Of a stretch of 64,000 bases of DNA, positions 59,921-64,000 are shown piece by piece. A program made the position numbers and the translations under genes. The notes under the pieces were generated by a model. That model ran no database searches, was not told where the DNA came from, and was given only the letters and a program-made list of their open reading frames with translations. Source of the stretch: Chlorobiaceae bacterium (GTDB lineage Bacteria > Bacteroidota > Chlorobiia > Chlorobiales > Chlorobiaceae); NCBI GenBank assembly GCA_013334485.1, contig JAAXXL010000002.1:11490-75489 (forward strand), in the 5' to 3' direction. Within the stretch, counting starts at the first letter, position 1. Each line of letters starts with the position of its first letter.

Positions 59921-61443
59921 TGATCAAGAAAGCAGCGGTTTCCATAGATTTTGACAAGGATATCGATTTCAGTCAGGAGAGCCGCGTTCCTCCCTATTCA
60001 ACCGAGATTGAGCAGGAGGTTCTTGCCTGTATTCTTCTTGAAGATGACCCGATTGAACAGGTCATTCAGATATTCGGTGATAATGGTGAGGATGTCTTTT
60101 ATGAAAAACGCCACCAGATCATCTTCAAGGCGATGATGCAGCTCTACCATAAACGGCAGGCAATTGATATTATCACCGTCAGTGAAGAGTTGCTGAAAAT
60201 GAACGAACTGGAGCCTGTCGGAGGGCGGCACTATCTGGCAGAACTCTCCGGCAAAGTTATCAGTGCTGCCAATATCGAGTACTATGCCCGCCTTGCAAAG
60301 GAGAAGTACCTCTACCGGAGGATGATCTCCATATCGGCAAGGATTTCCGGTGCAGCCTACAGCTCATCAATGGATATTTTCGATCTGGTAGAGCATGCAT
60401 CACAGCAGTTTTTCAATATCTCCCAGGCCGGCATCAAAAAGAAAGCCTCACTGATAAAAGAGCTGGTCAAAAACGGTATACGGATGCTTGAAACCCTCAG
60501 GGCTTCACAATCATCCGTAACAGGTGTCGCCTCCGGATTCTCCGAACTCGATCAGATGACGGCCGGATTTCAGGGATCCGACATGATTATCATTGCAGCA
60601 AGACCGTCAGCCGGTAAAACAGCTTTTGCTCTCGCCCTTGCCCGAAATGCGGCTGTTGATTTCGATACTCCGGTACTTTTTTTCAGCCTTGAGATGGCTG
60701 AGGTACAGCTTGCCGTAAGGCTCATGTGCGCCGAAGCCTATGTTGAGTCACAGCTTGTCAGAACCGGACGGATAACGCCGGAAATGATGGGCAGGATCAT
60801 CAACAGCATGGACAAACTCAATGAAGCTAAACTCTTTATTGATGACACACCGGGTATTTCGATTATGGAGCTTGCCGCCAAAACCCGCCGCATGAAGCAG
60901 GAGCACAATATCGGCATGCTTGTTGTCGATTACCTTCAGTTGGTAACGCCGGTCAGGGATGGCAAAACAAATCGGGAACAGGAGATCGCCCAGATTTCAC
61001 GATCACTCAAAGCACTGGCAAAGGAGCTGAACATTCCCGTCATTGCGCTTGCCCAGCTTAACCGATCGGTTGAACAGCGCTCGGGTGACCGTCGGCCCCA
61101 GCTAAGCGATCTCAGAGAGTCCGGCTCTATCGAACAGGATGCTGACGTTGTCATGTTCCTCTCACGACCTGAAATGTATGGCAAAACGACATTCGAGGAT
61201 GGCTCATCAACCAAGGATGTTGTTGAAATTGTTATCGGAAAACAGAGAAACGGCCCAATTGGCGATATACGGCTGCTCTTCCTGAAAAACTACGGTCGGT
61301 TTCAGTCTACGGCAAATACCTATATATCCGGCGGCGATACATCAGACTCCTCTCATGAGCAGGAACGTTATATTCCCTCGTCTCCGGAATCCGGAAAATC
61401 AAGTGCAGCAGCATACATAACTCATGATGAAGCACCTTTTTAA
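59917..61443 (+). CDS. dnaB: Replicative DNA helicase
   Basis: AARPSAGKT, FSLEM, VDYLQL, QLNR, DLRESGSIEQDAD, KQRNGP; no intein. Confidence 0.98.
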   Translation: MMIKKAAVSIDFDKDIDFSQESRVPPYSTEIEQEVLACILLEDDPIEQVIQIFGDNGEDVFYEKRHQIIFKAMMQLYHKRQAIDIITVSEELLKMNELEPVGGRHYLAELSGKVISAANIEYYARLAKEKYLYRRMISISARISGAAYSSSMDIFDLVEHASQQFFNISQAGIKKKASLIKELVKNGIRMLETLRASQSSVTGVASGFSELDQMTAGFQGSDMIIIAARPSAGKTAFALALARNAAVDFDTPVLFFSLEMAEVQLAVRLMCAEAYVESQLVRTGRITPEMMGRIINSMDKLNEAKLFIDDTPGISIMELAAKTRRMKQEHNIGMLVVDYLQLVTPVRDGKTNREQEIAQISRSLKALAKELNIPVIALAQLNRSVEQRSGDRRPQLSDLRESGSIEQDADVVMFLSRPEMYGKTTFEDGSSTKDVVEIVIGKQRNGPIGDIRLLFLKNYGRFQSTANTYISGGDTSDSSHEQERYIPSSPESGKSSAAAYITHDEAPF

Positions 61444-61452
61444 CCCGCTCAT

Positions 61453-63258
61453 ATGACAAACAGCAATCAGCCCCTGGGCTCCGAACAAAAAGATGCAGCA
61501 ACGGAACCAGCAATCAATAACTGCGACACAGCAGGGCAGGAAAAGGAGATATCCTATACAGGGATCGGCGCATCCAAAGGGATAGCAATAGGAGCCTGCT
61601 ACAGTTTTGTCAAGGAGACCGATGATCATGAAATCCAGGATCTTAAACATGGGGATATCAATGACGAGATTGAGCGGTTTCTGGCTGCACTGAACCGTTC
61701 CGAAAAAGAGCTGAAGAAAATCGAGCGGGTAACAACAAGAAAACTGGGGAAAGGATACTCCAATCTTTTTCAGGCCCAGATCATGATCCTGCACGATCCG
61801 GTCCTTATTGATACCATCTCGTCGCGCATTCTCTCCGAGAGAAAACCTGCACATATGGTTATAGAGGAGGAGTTCAACCTCTATCTCGAAAAGTTTAAAA
61901 ATTCTGAAGAGGCAATATTCCGTGAACGGGCCGATGACCTCCTTGACATAAAGGACCGGATCATCAGAAATCTGAATGTCCGGAAACTGCACTCATGGAT
62001 TCCTGAAGGAGTCATTGTCGCATCCTATCACCTCTCTCCTGCGGATGTCATCCTGCTCAGCCGAAGCAATGTCAAGGGATTTATAACCGATTCAGGTGGA
62101 ACAACCTCTCACATCTCCCTGATATGCAAGTCGCTCAACATTCCGATGGTCGTAGGGCTCGGAAACCTCTCACACAAGGTATCAACCGGCATGACGGTGA
62201 TTATGGACGGAACAACAGGAGTCGTGATCACCAATCCGGAACAGGAGAGTATTGACCGGTATACAAGAAAAAAAGAGGATGAAAAAGAGCATGAAGAGAG
62301 TGCTTCACTGACGGCTACGCTGCCGGCAACAACCGGATGCGGGGTCAGAATAACCTTTTTCACTAATATTGATTTCAAAGAGGAACTCCAAAACATGACG
62401 GCTTCTGGCGCGGAAGGTGTAGGCCTTTTCAGAAGCGAGAACCTCTTTACTGATGGCACAAAAGTTCCAAAGGAGACCGAACAGTACTCCTATTATCGTG
62501 ATATGGCGGAAGCAATTGCGCCAATGCCTCTCGACATTCGTCTCTTTGATATCGGTGGTGACAAGCTGATCTACTCCCCGGTCAGGGAACCGAATCCCAA
62601 CCTCGGATGGCGTGGAATAAGAATCCTGATTGATATGCCTGAAATACTCGATGACCAGATTCGGGCTGCTATCAAGGCAAATGTGCACGGTAACATTGAT
62701 ATCCTGATCCCTATGGTCATCTCTCTTGAAGAGATTCACCATGTCCGCAAAGTGATCGACCGCCACGTCGAAGAGCTATCCAGGGAGACAGGACAGCAGA
62801 TTGACAGGCCGGGAATAGGTGCTATGATAGAGGTTCCGGCAGCCGTAGAGATCATTGATGAAATCACCAGATGTGTGGATTTCATCAGCATAGGGACCAA
62901 TGACCTGACGCAATACACACTCGCCGTGGACAGAAACAATGTTGTGGTGCAGAACCTCTTTGAAAAATTCCATCCTGCAATTATCCGCCAACTGCACAGG
63001 ATTATTGCTGCTGCGAGGAAAAACCACTGCAGGGCAATGATATGCGGTGACATGGGTTCAGATCCGTTAGCTTTGCCATTCCTGATTGGATGCGGCCTGA
63101 GAAGATTCAGTGTCGTTCTTTCGGATATCCCGAACCTCAAATCACTGGTATCACACTTCTCTGTTGCTGAAGCTGAAGCACTTGCAGAGGAGTGCCTGAC
63201 GCTCGACAACCCTCATGCGATCAAAGCCTGCCTGGAAGGTTTCCAGGCAACTCACTGA
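61453..63258 (+). CDS. ptsI: Phosphoenolpyruvate-protein phosphotransferase (PTS enzyme I)
   Basis: GGTTSH (phospho-His), GVGLFRSE, RLFDIGGDK, NPNLGWRGIR, MIEVP, SIGTNDLTQY. Confidence 0.95.
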   Translation: MTNSNQPLGSEQKDAATEPAINNCDTAGQEKEISYTGIGASKGIAIGACYSFVKETDDHEIQDLKHGDINDEIERFLAALNRSEKELKKIERVTTRKLGKGYSNLFQAQIMILHDPVLIDTISSRILSERKPAHMVIEEEFNLYLEKFKNSEEAIFRERADDLLDIKDRIIRNLNVRKLHSWIPEGVIVASYHLSPADVILLSRSNVKGFITDSGGTTSHISLICKSLNIPMVVGLGNLSHKVSTGMTVIMDGTTGVVITNPEQESIDRYTRKKEDEKEHEESASLTATLPATTGCGVRITFFTNIDFKEELQNMTASGAEGVGLFRSENLFTDGTKVPKETEQYSYYRDMAEAIAPMPLDIRLFDIGGDKLIYSPVREPNPNLGWRGIRILIDMPEILDDQIRAAIKANVHGNIDILIPMVISLEEIHHVRKVIDRHVEELSRETGQQIDRPGIGAMIEVPAAVEIIDEITRCVDFISIGTNDLTQYTLAVDRNNVVVQNLFEKFHPAIIRQLHRIIAAARKNHCRAMICGDMGSDPLALPFLIGCGLRRFSVVLSDIPNLKSLVSHFSVAEAEALAEECLTLDNPHAIKACLEGFQATH

Positions 63259-63277
63259 TCACAAGGGAAACTATTTT

Positions 63278-64000
63278 TCAGGGTCGCAAATCCTCAACTT
63301 TTGCGCTTTTGCGAACGGCAGCAAAATATTCAGCAAAGAGCTGTTCCTGTTTTGCCCGGAGCAACTGGGGGGTAACACTGACTTTTTCTGCTTCAAGATT
63401 CAGCCCCTCTGGAAGCGTTCTCTTCGTAAGCACAACCAGTGCATAGCCATCAGTAGTTTTCACTGGAGCTGAAAGTTTTCCGATCGCCATTCCTGACATG
63501 GCTTCAACAAGAGGCCTGTCAACTCCGTAACCCGGAATAAGTCCGTCACTCCACTGGATATTCTCAGCAGAGACTACACTCAATCCCGGATTTGCAGCGG
63601 CTATCTTTTCAATCGACATTCCGGCACCCTTTGCCATTGCTGCAAGTTTTTTCTCAAGTGCAACTCCCTTCTTCTCCCTTACAAGTTCTGAGGTGATCCG
63701 GGTTTTCATCTCCTGATCCAGCAGACGGTACCCGGTATCATTCTTTTCAGTAAGACGCATGACATAAAAACCTTTCTCTGTTTCAAGAAGATCTGAAATA
63801 TCACCTTCTGATGCCTTGAAGGCAAACGATGTCACTTTATCACTGTAGCCAATCTGAGCAACCGGCATATGTTTACCAAACTCTCCGGTCTTCTCAATGC
63901 GCAATTTGGCAGCAGATGAAGTCTGGTTGAAACCCTTCGATGCCGCACTGGTCTGAAAAGCAACCGCCTGACGCCTTACACTTTCTACCGTCTCGGTAGA
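63278..64000 (-). CDS. Periplasmic peptidyl-prolyl isomerase (PpiD/SurA-like), C-terminal part (runs off window end)
   Basis: Frame is open from 64000; GDISDLLETEKGFYV, GKLSAPVKT..GYALV and KVEDLRP segments. Confidence 0.8.
   Translation of the reverse strand, partial: STETVESVRRQAVAFQTSAASKGFNQTSSAAKLRIEKTGEFGKHMPVAQIGYSDKVTSFAFKASEGDISDLLETEKGFYVMRLTEKNDTGYRLLDQEMKTRITSELVREKKGVALEKKLAAMAKGAGMSIEKIAAANPGLSVVSAENIQWSDGLIPGYGVDRPLVEAMSGMAIGKLSAPVKTTDGYALVVLTKRTLPEGLNLEAEKVSVTPQLLRAKQEQLFAEYFAAVRKSAKVEDLRP

Noticed and set aside
59917-61443. Possible intein in dnaB, a common host
   Set aside because: Length (508 aa) and contiguous helicase motifs leave no room for one; no C-terminal HN-C/S/T splice motif was seen.

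Overview
A mostly core-genome window from a green sulfur bacterium (Chlorobiaceae, probably Chlorobium/Pelodictyon; inferred from protein sequences and gene order). It holds gatA (partial), uppS-bamA, a small OM barrel, etfBA with a DUF151 nuclease, two tRNAs, rho, folC, ruvA, rpsT, a phosphohexomutase, fni plus a prenyl synthase and dprA, skp-lptC-panD-glmU(N-terminal half), rimP-nusA-infB-rbfA-truB-ribF-rpsO-yicC-gmk-rpoZ, hisS, an LPS core/lipid A cluster (four GT9, three GT4, two GT2, msbA-like, lpxL, rfaE2), tamB-coaBC-udg-dnaB-ptsI and a partial PPIase. The one clearly accessory segment is about 15.27-19.17 kb. It contains an AT-richer, translationally coupled pair (ABC-type AAA_15/21 ATPase plus a small PD-(D/E)xK nuclease-like protein) that is a candidate anti-phage system. 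It also contains a decayed HigA-like antitoxin fragment, a mosaic of REP-like palindromes, a perfect 18-bp inverted repeat bracketing an orphan ABC permease, and 9-bp-periodic microrepeats that recur elsewhere in the window. A 35-aa ribosomal protein bS22-like ORF missed by the ORF track lies between rho and tRNA-Lys. No CRISPR array, transposase, integrase or rRNA was seen. All assignments come from motif recognition by eye; no database searches were run.
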